The notes under the pieces are model-generated. The model ran no database searches. It was given only the letters and a program-made list of their open reading frames with translations, and was not told the origin of the DNA. 64,000 bases of DNA from Pseudomonadota bacterium (GTDB lineage: Bacteria; Pseudomonadota; Gammaproteobacteria; Nevskiales; Nevskiaceae): assembly GCA_040387055.1 (NCBI GenBank), contig JAZKEM010000040.1, positions 6-64,005 of the forward strand, written 5' to 3'. Below, in pieces: positions 50,841 through 60,500 of the stretch; within the stretch, counting starts at the first letter, position 1; each line of letters opens with the position of its first letter. Position numbers and translations under genes: made by a program.

Positions 50841-51839
50841 TTAGAAGTTGTCGCCGCGTGCTTCCTTCTTTTGCTTTGGCGTGAGTTTGCTGAAGTCTTC
50901 ATCTGGCAATTCCGAAACATCAACCTTGCCTGCGGTTGAGCGTTCGCCATCGCCACCATTCATCTGTGCTGGCTGACGACTTGCTGCATCAGCGTTACGG
51001 CGAAGCGAGAGCTTCTTGCGAAGCGCAGCCTGGCTTTCTTGCTGAGATCCACCGCCTTTGCCTGCATCTTCTTCTTCCTCTCCTTCGTTGCCTTTGCCGG
51101 CTGCTTTCGCATAACGAGGGCCAACCTTGTCAGCAGCTTTGCGAAGTGCGGCTGCAGCAGAGAGGTTATCTTTCGTGATGTAGTGATTGCGAAGAGCCAC
51201 TACTTCATCGATCGCATCGAGATTCTTGTCTTTCGCCTTCGAATTCAAGAACGGGTAGGCCTCGATCACTTCGGCGACGGCTTCATTAAAGATGGCCGTG
51301 GCATTCTGTGATGTCACTTCCGCAACAGCTTCAGCGCGTGCCGACTCACGGATGTGGTTTTCGAGCTGTTCTTCGAGTTCTTCAGCCAAGTCGAGATCGC
51401 CATCAACGAGCGCCTGATTCTTTTTCTTGCGCAGTGCTTTCAGGTCGACAGTGTTCGTTTCTTGGCCAGCCTGTTGCTCTTGGCCTTTGCCGCCACCGGA
51501 CTTCTCAAGCTGCTCTTGCAGTACGCGGCTACGTTCTTCAGCGCGAATGCGCAGATCACGTTCATCGTCACGAGCTTTCAGCGCCTTGTTTAAGCGGCTC
51601 TTTGGAATCATTGGAGAGTCGCCACCACCGGCGGCCTCTTCCTCTTCTTCCTCTTCCTCTTCTTCCTCAGCGCCAGTTGCAGCACCGGCACCAGCTACGC
51701 GACGCAGGTTCTGTTCGGTGACTTCTGGATTGACGTTGTCGCCGCGATCTTCAGCTTCACTGCCATCGCCACCACCTTCGCCACCGGTGCTGAGATCGAT
51801 TTCTTCTTCTAACTCTTCGTCGTTTACTTTCGTATTCAT
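50841..51839 (-). CDS. Scaffolding protein (acidic, helical; contains a Glu run)
   Basis: Its position is between portal and capsid. It has long charged helices, an EEEEEEEEEEE run and a basic C-terminus. Confidence 0.65.
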   Translation of the reverse strand: MNTKVNDEELEEEIDLSTGGEGGGDGSEAEDRGDNVNPEVTEQNLRRVAGAGAATGAEEEEEEEEEEEAAGGGDSPMIPKSRLNKALKARDDERDLRIRAEERSRVLQEQLEKSGGGKGQEQQAGQETNTVDLKALRKKKNQALVDGDLDLAEELEEQLENHIRESARAEAVAEVTSQNATAIFNEAVAEVIEAYPFLNSKAKDKNLDAIDEVVALRNHYITKDNLSAAAALRKAADKVGPRYAKAAGKGNEGEEEEDAGKGGGSQQESQAALRKKLSLRRNADAASRQPAQMNGGDGERSTAGKVDVSELPDEDFSKLTPKQKKEARGDNF

Positions 51840-51859
51840 GTGTGGGCTCCCTGTGTTGA

Positions 51860-52054
51860 TTACTTCTTAACCGACGGAAACACAGCCTGCATTTCCTTCA
51901 ATTTATCTTTGGCGAGTTTCTGCGCGGCTTTAAAGCGCTTCGGGTCTTTGCGAACTTCTTCGGCTCGCAGCAACGTGCGCATGTCTTCTTCGATCTGCCA
52001 TGTATCCGGACCTCTTTCGATGCCGGGGTTCGCTTTGTTTACTTTTCTAGCCAT
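51860..52054 (-). CDS. Small basic protein (64 aa)
   Basis: ORF between the portal and scaffold genes. Confidence 0.5.
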   Translation of the reverse strand: MARKVNKANPGIERGPDTWQIEEDMRTLLRAEEVRKDPKRFKAAQKLAKDKLKEMQAVFPSVKK

Positions 52055-52070
52055 GAGCTTTCTCCTGTAC

Positions 52071-54218
52071 TTATTGCTGACCGCCTTCGATACCTGCGTT
52101 CACGCCTACATCGGCATGCGCTGGATTCAAAGGGGTGAGGGGATTGGTGTTGCGTGGCAATTCGATGTGATCGATGCCCGGTGGTGCATTCGGAATGATT
52201 GGCGCTGCATCGTGATCAACGTAACCAGCGGAGCCGAGTAACTGATCGGCGAGTGGTGCGGTCGCTGGCATTTCGGCAATAACCTGTGCGGTTTGAATTG
52301 CGCTGAACTGTGTTTCAACAGACTTCGACGTCGCTTCGGCATCAGTCTTGCGCGTCTGAGCTGCAATGAGTTCGACCTTGGCCTCGGTAACAGGATCCGG
52401 TTTAACAGTTTGCTCGGACATGCTCTGCACGATGTCGTTCTTGGTCGTTACAGTGCTGGCTCGAACGACAAACGCGTCAGGTATGCCGACACCATTTTCC
52501 TTCATGCGCATCACTTGATCGAAGTCACCATTCTCGAAGGTGGCTTGCATTGGAACCTGACTGATTACGACGTCATATTCACCAAGTGTCAGATCATTGA
52601 GGATATTGCCCGTGGCCGGATCCTCGTAGTTGATACGCAAATCTTCGTGCTTAGGTTTGCCCGTGACAGGATCAATCTTTGTGATGCGATACAGGCGTTC
52701 ATCGTCGTAGTAGGTCTGGATCATCCAGAGCTGACGCTTAACCAACAGCTTTCGCGTGCGAGATAGGTTGTCGATCTCCATGGCGAGCTGCTTCTGTGCA
52801 GCGTATTCACGCGCTTGGCGTGCAACACCAGATTCAGGACCGTTGTCATCAATACCGCGAGCAGCATCGGGGACAGTGTTTTCTTTCAGTAGTGCATTCA
52901 GGCGATCGATCATGCGATCGATGCCGGTTGGCACCTGATTGGGCTGAATCTTCTCAGGCTTTGACGAGCCTTTCTTGTAGACCAGAACGATGCCTGTTTT
53001 GGCACCATTGGTCTCAAGATCGCTAGTCTCTTGATCAACGAGCGAATCTTCTTCCACGACCCAGCCGCTGTTAGCGGACGAATTGACTACATGGATGAAC
53101 TGCGAGCCCAGCTTGTTCAACGCGTTCTGCGGGCCGACTGCGTTGTCGACCATGCCGATTGAGCGTCCGCGACGGAAGAACGGGAAGTATCCAACTACAG
53201 TGAAGAATGGATACGGGCTCCAGTCATCGAACAGTAGAGCGTTGCAAGTGGTGACGGTCCAGCGAACACGGCGCGACATGCGCTGCGTCAGGATGCCTCC
53301 CTTAGAGAGCATGTTATCGATGCGCTCTTGATCCATGCCTTCAACGACACGGATGTCACCCGTATCTGGCGTTACGATGACCTGGCACATTTCATAGACG
53401 AAGTACTGACGGTCGACAACACGTAGCTTTGTCTTGCCTCTCTCAGTTCTTTTAGCGTCGAGAGGGTTGTAATAGGCGCCGGAGTTACTATCGCCAAACT
53501 TGTTGCGTTCACCGGCAGATCCATCGCCATCACCGAAATCAGATTCACTTTGAGATGGTGTGTAGCTGTTTGTGCCGTCGAGTTCCGCTTTGGCCTTCGC
53601 CTTGGCTCCGTAACGACGACCAATATCGTCAAGCGACAGCCAGCGCGTGACGATGACGTCAGCCCATTTGTCGCTGTCGTAACTCTTGGCGTCTGGATCC
53701 GGCAGAACGTCCATTGGGTCAAGATCATCGATCCTGACTTCGCCGCGCATGCTGTCATCGAAATCAATGCGGATCTCGAAGAAGCCGCGACGCTGGATTA
53801 AGCCATCAAGGAATACTTGTGACTCGGTCCAGTGATATTCGTTGTTGTCGGCGATCTGCATTGAGACCTTCGACAGGGTATTGGCGAGGTCTTGCGTCGC
53901 TTGCCCACCGCGAGGCTGGTATGAAATATCCATGCGATTGGATATTTGATAGCCGCCTGCAGCTTTGATTGCAGGAAGGATCTGGTTGAACTCGAGCGGC
54001 ATGCGCCCTGTTCCTTCCAGTGCCTTCTTATCGTCTTCTTCCCACTGCTTGCCGCCACCTAGAACATAGTCTTCTAGGCGACGGACTTCTTTGCAGAAAT
54101 CATCATGGCCGCGACTCCGGACATAGTCGTAGCGACTCCAGTTGTCAGCGACAATCGTTTGCTCGCTGAGTTCTTGCGACGATCCGCTGGAATCTACTTT
54201 GTCAGTGCCGTCGGCCAT
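52071..54218 (-). CDS. Portal protein (715 aa)
   Basis: Its size and its position downstream of the large terminase fit a portal. The acidic/Gln-rich C-terminal tail is typical of podovirus portals. Confidence 0.75.
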   Translation of the reverse strand: MADGTDKVDSSGSSQELSEQTIVADNWSRYDYVRSRGHDDFCKEVRRLEDYVLGGGKQWEEDDKKALEGTGRMPLEFNQILPAIKAAGGYQISNRMDISYQPRGGQATQDLANTLSKVSMQIADNNEYHWTESQVFLDGLIQRRGFFEIRIDFDDSMRGEVRIDDLDPMDVLPDPDAKSYDSDKWADVIVTRWLSLDDIGRRYGAKAKAKAELDGTNSYTPSQSESDFGDGDGSAGERNKFGDSNSGAYYNPLDAKRTERGKTKLRVVDRQYFVYEMCQVIVTPDTGDIRVVEGMDQERIDNMLSKGGILTQRMSRRVRWTVTTCNALLFDDWSPYPFFTVVGYFPFFRRGRSIGMVDNAVGPQNALNKLGSQFIHVVNSSANSGWVVEEDSLVDQETSDLETNGAKTGIVLVYKKGSSKPEKIQPNQVPTGIDRMIDRLNALLKENTVPDAARGIDDNGPESGVARQAREYAAQKQLAMEIDNLSRTRKLLVKRQLWMIQTYYDDERLYRITKIDPVTGKPKHEDLRINYEDPATGNILNDLTLGEYDVVISQVPMQATFENGDFDQVMRMKENGVGIPDAFVVRASTVTTKNDIVQSMSEQTVKPDPVTEAKVELIAAQTRKTDAEATSKSVETQFSAIQTAQVIAEMPATAPLADQLLGSAGYVDHDAAPIIPNAPPGIDHIELPRNTNPLTPLNPAHADVGVNAGIEGGQQ

Positions 54219-54225
54219 GGATGAT

Positions 54226-54507
54226 TTACTTGGTCAGGATGCTGCTTGGTGCCGCGATTTGTATTCGCGGTCCTGCGGTGGCATACCGATACGTTTCAAG
54301 CCGGGCCAGCTCATCTGCAGCGTCACTAAACGCGAGCTTCTTAGCTGTTTCCGGATCTGGCGTAGGCTGATCCACCTTGCCAAGTACGTTAAAGCCGCTC
54401 TCCAGCACCAATACACAGCAAGTCATATTGGTGCCGGGCACGTGCCAGAACTCTGCTTGGCTGGACTCGATCAGCTTTTCAACTGAAACGATGACGTCCT
54501 GTTCCAT
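54226..54507 (-). CDS. Gp49/Sf6-gp66-like small phage protein
   Basis: TCCVLVLESGFNVLGKVDQPTPDPETAKKLAFSDAADELARLETY fits the remembered Phage_gp49_66 pattern. Confidence 0.5.
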   Translation of the reverse strand: MEQDVIVSVEKLIESSQAEFWHVPGTNMTCCVLVLESGFNVLGKVDQPTPDPETAKKLAFSDAADELARLETYRYATAGPRIQIAAPSSILTK

Positions 54508-55289
54508 CAGGCCGACTCAGGACGATGGATGCCGAAGTGAGCCAGTGCATTGCGCACGCTGCTCTCGACCATGTCGACGATGTGCTGCGGCGTTTCGCGG
54601 CTGAAAGCGAGGCAGGAAATGTAGTCTTCGACTTCAGCGCCAGTGACAACGCGATAACCTTCTTCAAAGGCTTGAGCCGGTGAGAAGCTTTCGTAGCCGT
54701 CTTCATACAGAACGTAGTAGCCAGGCTGATTCAGATTGTTGCGAGTGATGTACTCGGGGCTGACGGTGATCGGCGCGATGCCACTTGATTCGTCATGCGG
54801 AAAGAGTGTGCAACCTTCAATGCGGCCGACCTTCATGGCGTGCACACGCTTGTGCGACTGATACAGAGGTAGAGGCGTTGCTTCAGGCGCAGATTCAACC
54901 GCAACAGGCGGTTCGGGCTGGGTTTCATCTTCCTGTGTCACTTCTTCAACGACAGGCGAGGCGAGCTTCTGTTCAACAAATGCAGCGAGAGCCGCATCAG
55001 CTTTGGCTGTATCCGGTTTTGGCTCTTCAGCCTTGTTCTTTTCGGGCTGTTCATCACCAGCATCAGCGTTGGACTGTTCCTGTGTGCCCACTGAGAGAGT
55101 CGCATCAGCGCCATCAGTAGCGACAGTTTCAGTCACGGACACTGTGCTGGTCGTGGTATCAACAGATGCCGCCGCATCAGCGTTGGGCTGCGTCTCTGCG
55201 TCGACGTTGCCTGCAGTGTCTGCTTGGTTGCGCAGCATCGCGTGCGCCATAGAGAAGCCAATAATCGAAATCAAATGATGTTTGTGCAT
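54507..55289 (-). CDS. Hypothetical protein with N-terminal hydrophobic leader, acidic Thr/Ala-rich linker and conserved C-terminal domain (260 aa)
   Basis: MHKHHLISIIGFSMAHAML leader. C-terminal ...VHAMKVGRIE...GYYVLYEDGYESFSPAQAFEEGY. Confidence 0.55.
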   Translation of the reverse strand: MHKHHLISIIGFSMAHAMLRNQADTAGNVDAETQPNADAAASVDTTTSTVSVTETVATDGADATLSVGTQEQSNADAGDEQPEKNKAEEPKPDTAKADAALAAFVEQKLASPVVEEVTQEDETQPEPPVAVESAPEATPLPLYQSHKRVHAMKVGRIEGCTLFPHDESSGIAPITVSPEYITRNNLNQPGYYVLYEDGYESFSPAQAFEEGYRVVTGAEVEDYISCLAFSRETPQHIVDMVESSVRNALAHFGIHRPESA

Positions 55290-55307
55290 GTGAACTACTC
55301 CTTACAA

Positions 55308-56852
55308 TTAAGAGGCCATTGCTGAGCCACGGGATTTAGCTTTGAGTCGGTCGCGCCACTTCGGACGATCCGATTGGTCGCGCGATGCGATGCGCACGGC
55401 GAACGTCAACGCGAGTGCGTCGGCGCGGTCCGGTGATGGGATGCCGTCTTCACGCATCTTTTCTTTCGATGTGAGGACAAGGCGACGGCTTGAGTCGTAG
55501 CGATAGGTGACGCTGCTCAGCTCTGAGGCGAGCACGTCGTCATTGGGAAGGTGTGGGGTCTGGTCTTTGATCCAGTCGCGCATGAGCCCCCACATTTCAG
55601 CCCTGCGGTTGCTGTAGATCTCTGGCTCTAACGCGGTCGCACCAAAGTTGATGCGATAGATGTGCTTGTATCCCCACTCACTCAACAGGTCGCAGATGGT
55701 GTTGCCGTAACCACCACCGACGTCGACACACACTGCGTCGGGCTTCTCGTCATCGATCATCTTCGCGAGGATGTTGGCGATTTCGATCTGACCAATGCCG
55801 TGATAGGCCTTGATCGGGTAGGCGAGGCGACCGCGGCGGCGACCAATGGCAGTGTCGTCATCACCGTATTCGGCTGGGTCACACGTGAGAATTAACGGGC
55901 CAACAGGGTGCGGCTTGGGCTCAGCACGCGCCTTGGAAACGGTCATCGGAGCAATCAAGCTGTTCGCAGCAGCAGCTTGGAACGCCATTTCGATGGTGGC
56001 CGGATACTCCTGATTGAACAGAGAGATATCGCCAGCGAAGTCGGTATCGATCTTGTTCCGGCGCCATGCCATCTGCTCATCGGACAAGCCGAAGAGTTCC
56101 TGATACTGAATTTCGTCTTCTTCCAGCATGAAGTCGTCATCGACTGCACGCTTATAGCCGTCATCCCAGAACCACGGCACGAAGATCAGTTCGTAGTCAC
56201 CTTTGCCGCGCATGGCTTGCTGGCACATGGCGTGGAAAAGGTTTGCGAGGCCGTTGGCTGTCGATTCAAGAATGATTTCAGTGCCAGGCTCATCCGGAAC
56301 AATCTGACCGATACCCGCCATGTGATCAGCAGCATTCGGCCAGAACGCTACTTCAGAGCCATGGAAGAACTGAGCCGTGGCAGATCGGCCAGTGGCTTGG
56401 GCTCCAGCGGTCGCAATCGAGTAGCGCGTGTCCAGCTTGTCAAAGACCAACTCGGTAGCACTGGAATTGCTGGTGCTGGGCTTCACGACTGGCGGGCAGT
56501 AGTCGTGATAACGCTTGGTCATGCGGAAAAGGTTTTGCGTGGCGGCTGATTCGTGCGTGAGGATCTGCACGCGCTTGCCGAATTCACCAGACGAGCGCCA
56601 ATAGAACCGGCCACCAATGTACGTGCTCGCGCCTTGCTGGCGTCCCTTGAGCACGATTGCGCGGATCTTGCCGCGACGTTTGAGCTGGTCTTCCAGCTTC
56701 TCGTGAATGTAGAGCTGGGCTTTATTCAGCTTGAATGGAACCAGCTTGCCAGCCTTGGTGAGAATATTTAGGCAGCGAGGCGCGTAGTACGCGAACTCGG
56801 TGCGCAGTGACTGCAGGATGCCGGAAGCTGTTAGTTCAACTTCGACGGTCAC
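55308..56852 (-). CDS. terL: Terminase large subunit
   Basis: Walker A-like LKGRQQGAST, then ...FFHGSEVAFW and ILESTANG ATPase motifs, followed by a C-terminal nuclease-type region. Confidence 0.85.
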   Translation of the reverse strand: MTVEVELTASGILQSLRTEFAYYAPRCLNILTKAGKLVPFKLNKAQLYIHEKLEDQLKRRGKIRAIVLKGRQQGASTYIGGRFYWRSSGEFGKRVQILTHESAATQNLFRMTKRYHDYCPPVVKPSTSNSSATELVFDKLDTRYSIATAGAQATGRSATAQFFHGSEVAFWPNAADHMAGIGQIVPDEPGTEIILESTANGLANLFHAMCQQAMRGKGDYELIFVPWFWDDGYKRAVDDDFMLEEDEIQYQELFGLSDEQMAWRRNKIDTDFAGDISLFNQEYPATIEMAFQAAAANSLIAPMTVSKARAEPKPHPVGPLILTCDPAEYGDDDTAIGRRRGRLAYPIKAYHGIGQIEIANILAKMIDDEKPDAVCVDVGGGYGNTICDLLSEWGYKHIYRINFGATALEPEIYSNRRAEMWGLMRDWIKDQTPHLPNDDVLASELSSVTYRYDSSRRLVLTSKEKMREDGIPSPDRADALALTFAVRIASRDQSDRPKWRDRLKAKSRGSAMAS

Positions 56853-57451
56853 TTGGACAGTGCGAGCCGCTTCAGCTCGGCCTCATAGTCGGGCGGGGTG
56901 TCGTCCTTGTCATCCAGATTCCAAGCGGTGCGTTCAAGGCCTTGGAAGTTCTTCATCGCCGTTGAAAGGTCACGAATCACGCCGGCATGAGTCGGCAGGC
57001 TCATCGCCTTACGGAAGCGAGCAAGCGTGGAGCCTGCAAACAGGCCGTCTTTCTTGGCCTCTTCCTGTGCAACCTCATCAAGATCGCCGTGGCGATTCTC
57101 GGCTGCATCTTTCAACTGAGTGAACAGAAGGCCAATCAACTGCTGGCCAGACGACAAGTCCTTGCGATGCAAGCGCACGACAGCCACCGCACTCTCAGCA
57201 GCTTGTTCAACGACATCACGTTCGGTACGAGTCGCGTGGGCCGCTCGTACCTCGTCTCGTACCAGCTTGGCCCTTGTAGCTTCTTGAACCTTGGCTGTTA
57301 GATCTTTAGTCCAACCGTCTTTCTTTGCTCGCTTGCGTAGCGCACCTTCTGAGACGTTGATCTGTGCTGCGATCTGGACGTTAGAGAGTTGGCCAGCGCG
57401 ATACAGGCGCTCAGCTAATTCCCAATCTGTGACTGGCTTCTTGTCGGTCAC
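56849..57451 (-). CDS. terS: Terminase small subunit (HTH-containing)
   Basis: LSNVQIAAQINVSEGALRKRAKKDGW HTH. ATGA overlap with terL. Confidence 0.65.
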   Translation of the reverse strand: MTDKKPVTDWELAERLYRAGQLSNVQIAAQINVSEGALRKRAKKDGWTKDLTAKVQEATRAKLVRDEVRAAHATRTERDVVEQAAESAVAVVRLHRKDLSSGQQLIGLLFTQLKDAAENRHGDLDEVAQEEAKKDGLFAGSTLARFRKAMSLPTHAGVIRDLSTAMKNFQGLERTAWNLDDKDDTPPDYEAELKRLALSK

Positions 57452-57753
57452 GTGATATTGACCTCAGTCCAGCTATCCTCGTACTTCCCATACATGGGAT
57501 CAGCCAACTGCTTGGCTTTCAGCTTCAGATACAACTCGTGCTGGGCCTGCTCCTGACGCGACTCCGACAACTTCTCGAAGCGCTGTCCAGCGTGATAGAA
57601 GACCTGCACCATCACGGCTGGAGGTTCTGGCAGCAGCGTTACTGACGAAACACTCGGGATGAGCCCATCAGCCTGTGACGAGTTCATCGACTCAGCTAGA
57701 GCACGGGCTGGTGATGGGCGGAACAGGCTGGCGAGGAAGGCAAAGAGCTTCAT
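57448..57753 (-). CDS. Hypothetical protein with signal-peptide-like N-terminus (101 aa)
   Basis: MKLFAFLASLFRPSPARALA leader. Confidence 0.5.
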   Translation of the reverse strand: MKLFAFLASLFRPSPARALAESMNSSQADGLIPSVSSVTLLPEPPAVMVQVFYHAGQRFEKLSESRQEQAQHELYLKLKAKQLADPMYGKYEDSWTEVNIT

Positions 57754-58223
57754 GGCACGACCTCAAAGATGAAATCGCCGCAGTGCTGTCTACCTAAAAC
57801 TTCAGGATTGATCTTGTATCCGGCCTGCACGAACTTGCGAGCCACTGATTTATTCACGCGAACGAGAAAGGCTCCGCCCGGTAGCGGGTCCGCGCCATTT
57901 TTTATGAGTAGCTGACGGGCGCGTAAGAGTGTTTCGAGGTTCAGATGTGCTGTCGCCGCCTGCCCGGGCGGCAAGTACCAGCCGATACCTTTTACCTCTT
58001 GAGTTGCCAGGTCATCACGGCGCCACCACACCCGCCACGATTCAGCGCCATCACCAGCACGCTCAGAGGCAATCACGGTGTATCGACCTTGCTTGTCAAA
58101 GAACTGGTAGGCGCACTCTCCGCGCCACATGCCGATGAACAGGAGATACAGCCAGCGGCGAAACAGCGCCCATTCAATCTGGGCTGCGGTTCGTAACTTA
58201 CTCGCGAGGATTCGCGACTTCAT
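57750..58223 (-). CDS. Hypothetical protein (157 aa)
   Basis: ATGA-coupled ORF. No motif recognised. Confidence 0.55.
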   Translation of the reverse strand: MKSRILASKLRTAAQIEWALFRRWLYLLFIGMWRGECAYQFFDKQGRYTVIASERAGDGAESWRVWWRRDDLATQEVKGIGWYLPPGQAATAHLNLETLLRARQLLIKNGADPLPGGAFLVRVNKSVARKFVQAGYKINPEVLGRQHCGDFIFEVVP

Positions 58224-58657
58224 CGGTGAGCCTCGCTACTCGCTGCGAGCTGGAGGTATTGATTCCGTATCGCATGAGCATCGGCCAGAGCGTTGTGCGG
58301 GATTGCGGATGCACTCGAGTCAAGGTCGCGCCGCACTTCCATCGTCAGCGGCGGAGTAGCAATTCGTTTCCCGGGGCCGACGATGAGGGCTTGGCAGAAG
58401 TGCGCGATGTCTTCTGGCCAGTCGGCAATGACATGGATCGCGCTGTACGGGTGTAGATATTGCTGCAAGGAATGCTTGAAGTGCATCGGCAACACAGGGG
58501 CTTCGCCCAATACCGGCATCACATTCGCAGCCACCCAAGGCGTCGGATTCTGGCAGGCCAACACGCGATACCAGTCATGCCCATGCTTATCGACCAAGGC
58601 CATCGAGATTAGTGCGCCGCCGAAATCGTTGAACTCGCAATCTAGGAAGAGGTTCAT
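58220..58657 (-). CDS. DEDDh-type 3'-5' exonuclease-like protein (145 aa)
   Basis: LFLDCEFND (DxE), VIADWPEDI (D) and HNALADAHA (H-x4-D). Confidence 0.6.
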   Translation of the reverse strand: MNLFLDCEFNDFGGALISMALVDKHGHDWYRVLACQNPTPWVAANVMPVLGEAPVLPMHFKHSLQQYLHPYSAIHVIADWPEDIAHFCQALIVGPGKRIATPPLTMEVRRDLDSSASAIPHNALADAHAIRNQYLQLAASSEAHR

Positions 58658-59052
58658 GGCAGCCCCTGACGCAACACCAGCCGCGTGAAAGTCTCTGTCG
58701 CGTCTCTCAGAACGACTAGCAATGGAATGCGCCCCGAATAAGTGTGCTCAATCCCATGTGAGCCGCCCCCCTGGTCAATCCGAACATGCAGCCGTTCTGG
58801 ATCCTTCAAAGCGCGCATCAACAGACGGCCACGCGGGCGCATTGATGAGGGAAGCGCGAAAGCGTCTCCATGTAGGTAGCCACCAGTCCACGGGCCAACA
58901 TTCAGGCCGCGATACTCTTCGATGCAGAAGTACTGCGGCGTGTCGATGATGCGTTCGATGTCTTCACGATATGCGCGGATCAAGTGCTTGCCGCCGACAT
59001 ACACATCGCGGGTGCGATGCAATGGATTGTCGTAAGTGGCTGTCGCGGTCAT
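58654..59052 (-). CDS. Hypothetical protein (132 aa)
   Basis: ATGA-coupled ORF. Confidence 0.55.
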   Translation of the reverse strand: MTATATYDNPLHRTRDVYVGGKHLIRAYREDIERIIDTPQYFCIEEYRGLNVGPWTGGYLHGDAFALPSSMRPRGRLLMRALKDPERLHVRIDQGGGSHGIEHTYSGRIPLLVVLRDATETFTRLVLRQGLP

Positions 59053-59054
59053 GG

Positions 59055-59276
59055 CTAGCAGAACGTCGTGTCGTCTTTGTACGGGACCAACGACGCAGGG
59101 CGCGCTATGAGCCTGCGCAAAGATTCGTCCGCTGCTTCTGGTGCTGCCATCACCTGAGTGAAGACAACCCCTAGATGCTCGCGGATCAAGTGAACCTGCG
59201 GCTCATCCAGCGTCTTAAGGTCGGGCTGCAATTCGAGCAGACCATTCAGCCAATAACAGAAGTCGCGGGGCGTCAT
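59055..59276 (-). CDS. Small conserved phage protein (73 aa, start MTPRDFCYWLNG)
   Basis: The DFCYWLNGLLE...HL..VF pattern recurs in many phages. ATGA overlap with the upstream stop at 59273-59276. Confidence 0.5.
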   Translation of the reverse strand: MTPRDFCYWLNGLLELQPDLKTLDEPQVHLIREHLGVVFTQVMAAPEAADESLRRLIARPASLVPYKDDTTFC

Positions 59277-59569
59277 GCTGTTGGCTCCAATGCGATCAGG
59301 CAAACAGAGGCAACCCATTCCTTGTGCTGAAGGAGCTGCGCATTCAGGCTTTGGCGAAGCCATGCAGGCATGTCCGGTGGATAGTCGGCCACTACTGCAG
59401 CGGACGCAGGTGATTCACTTTTGGCTCGAGGATGGCGATAGAACACCACCCCCTGTTTGCGTGCACGAATAAGTAAAGCGCTGGCATCAGAAATAGAACG
59501 CGCGAACTCAGTCATGCACTGACGAAAGATCTGACGCTCGCTCTGGTCGACCTCGCGACAGTTGCTCAC
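59273..59569 (-). CDS. Hypothetical protein (98 aa)
   Basis: The ORF abuts the upstream stop. Confidence 0.5.
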   Translation of the reverse strand: MSNCREVDQSERQIFRQCMTEFARSISDASALLIRARKQGVVFYRHPRAKSESPASAAVVADYPPDMPAWLRQSLNAQLLQHKEWVASVCLIALEPTA

Positions 59570-59833
59570 TTAGCTCCCCGGTGCGAATACGGACTTGATG
59601 CGCTTGCCCAGAGACGGAGGCGGTAGCTTGTTGGCTGGCGTCTCGCCGGGCTTCACATCAGTGAATGCAAATGGGCATGGATGGCCGACTGCGCCGTACG
59701 CAATCTTGAGATCCTGACAATGCGTCTTGGTCCAGTCGTAGCCACGAGCGTCAAGCGCTGCGACCAAACCTGTGAGCACACCGCCCAGATGTTCAGCCTG
59801 TTTGCCGGTGATGAACTTGCCTTTTAATCCCAT
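59570..59833 (-). CDS. Hypothetical protein (87 aa)
   Basis: ORF after the lysis cassette. Confidence 0.5.
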   Translation of the reverse strand: MGLKGKFITGKQAEHLGGVLTGLVAALDARGYDWTKTHCQDLKIAYGAVGHPCPFAFTDVKPGETPANKLPPPSLGKRIKSVFAPGS

Positions 59834-59924
59834 CTTGTCGCCCTCGTCGGTGATTAAACCGTCGCCACTCCCATGGCGACCACGAGTACAGAATGAGGCC
59901 GCTGAGAGAGGTCAATCCACAGCG

Positions 59925-60500
59925 CTAGAAGTTGAAACCGACACCAACAAAGTGATCGAGTCGGTCTTTATCTCGCTGGATTGCATTCACACTTAAGCGA
60001 AGGCGGCCGACATCACGCGATACACGCGCGCCGTAGTGTTTGTTGAATGGGTCATACAAAGCTTCGACAGCCCAGAGGCGTGGAGCTGGTGCGAGATTGA
60101 GTGCGCGAATCGGAGTGTCAGTGCCTTCAACAATGGTGCCGTTGTCAGCGCTCACCACAGCACGCAGGCCATCACCATCTTGAATGAGTGAGCTGGTGAT
60201 CGTGATCGGGTCGCAGTTCTCTTGCGCCGGTGCGATCTTCGTTGTCACGCGGCGAACCTCAACGGTGCCGGGCGGAATCTTGTGCGGTGCTACAGGCGGC
60301 TTTGCGTTTGGTGCACGCGCGAGAATCACGCTGCCATCACCTTGGCGCACTTCTGGAGCGGCTGTCATTGCTTCAGGCTTGGGAGTCTGTGACGAACCAA
60401 TCCAGAATCCAGCGGCTAAAGCGATGAACACCAATGCAAGCAATCCTGCTGCTGCGATGCTGTCGCGAACACGCGGCGCATTTGGGATATCAATATTCAT
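59925..60500 (-). CDS. Lysis-cassette membrane protein: N-terminal TM anchor, Pro-rich periplasmic part, C-terminus ending GVGFNF (191 aa); spanin position but atypical
   Basis: ATGA overlap with the endolysin stop at 60497-60500. TM segment AAAGLLALVFIALAAGFWI. No coiled coil. The terminal aromatic residue resembles an outer-membrane beta-signal. Confidence 0.55.
   Translation of the reverse strand: MNIDIPNAPRVRDSIAAAGLLALVFIALAAGFWIGSSQTPKPEAMTAAPEVRQGDGSVILARAPNAKPPVAPHKIPPGTVEVRRVTTKIAPAQENCDPITITSSLIQDGDGLRAVVSADNGTIVEGTDTPIRALNLAPAPRLWAVEALYDPFNKHYGARVSRDVGRLRLSVNAIQRDKDRLDHFVGVGFNF

Noticed and set aside
51636-51668. CTCTTC/CTC tandem repeat
   Set aside because: It is simply the coding sequence of the poly-Glu run in the scaffold protein, not a CRISPR or regulatory repeat.
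59925-60500. Embedded Rz1-type lipoprotein ORF inside the spanin-position gene
   Set aside because: In the first ~140 nt of the two alternative minus-strand frames, I saw only a short non-lipobox ORF (MRRVFATASQQQDCLHWCSSL). The scan was not exhaustive, so this stays flagged as a check under the lysis finding.
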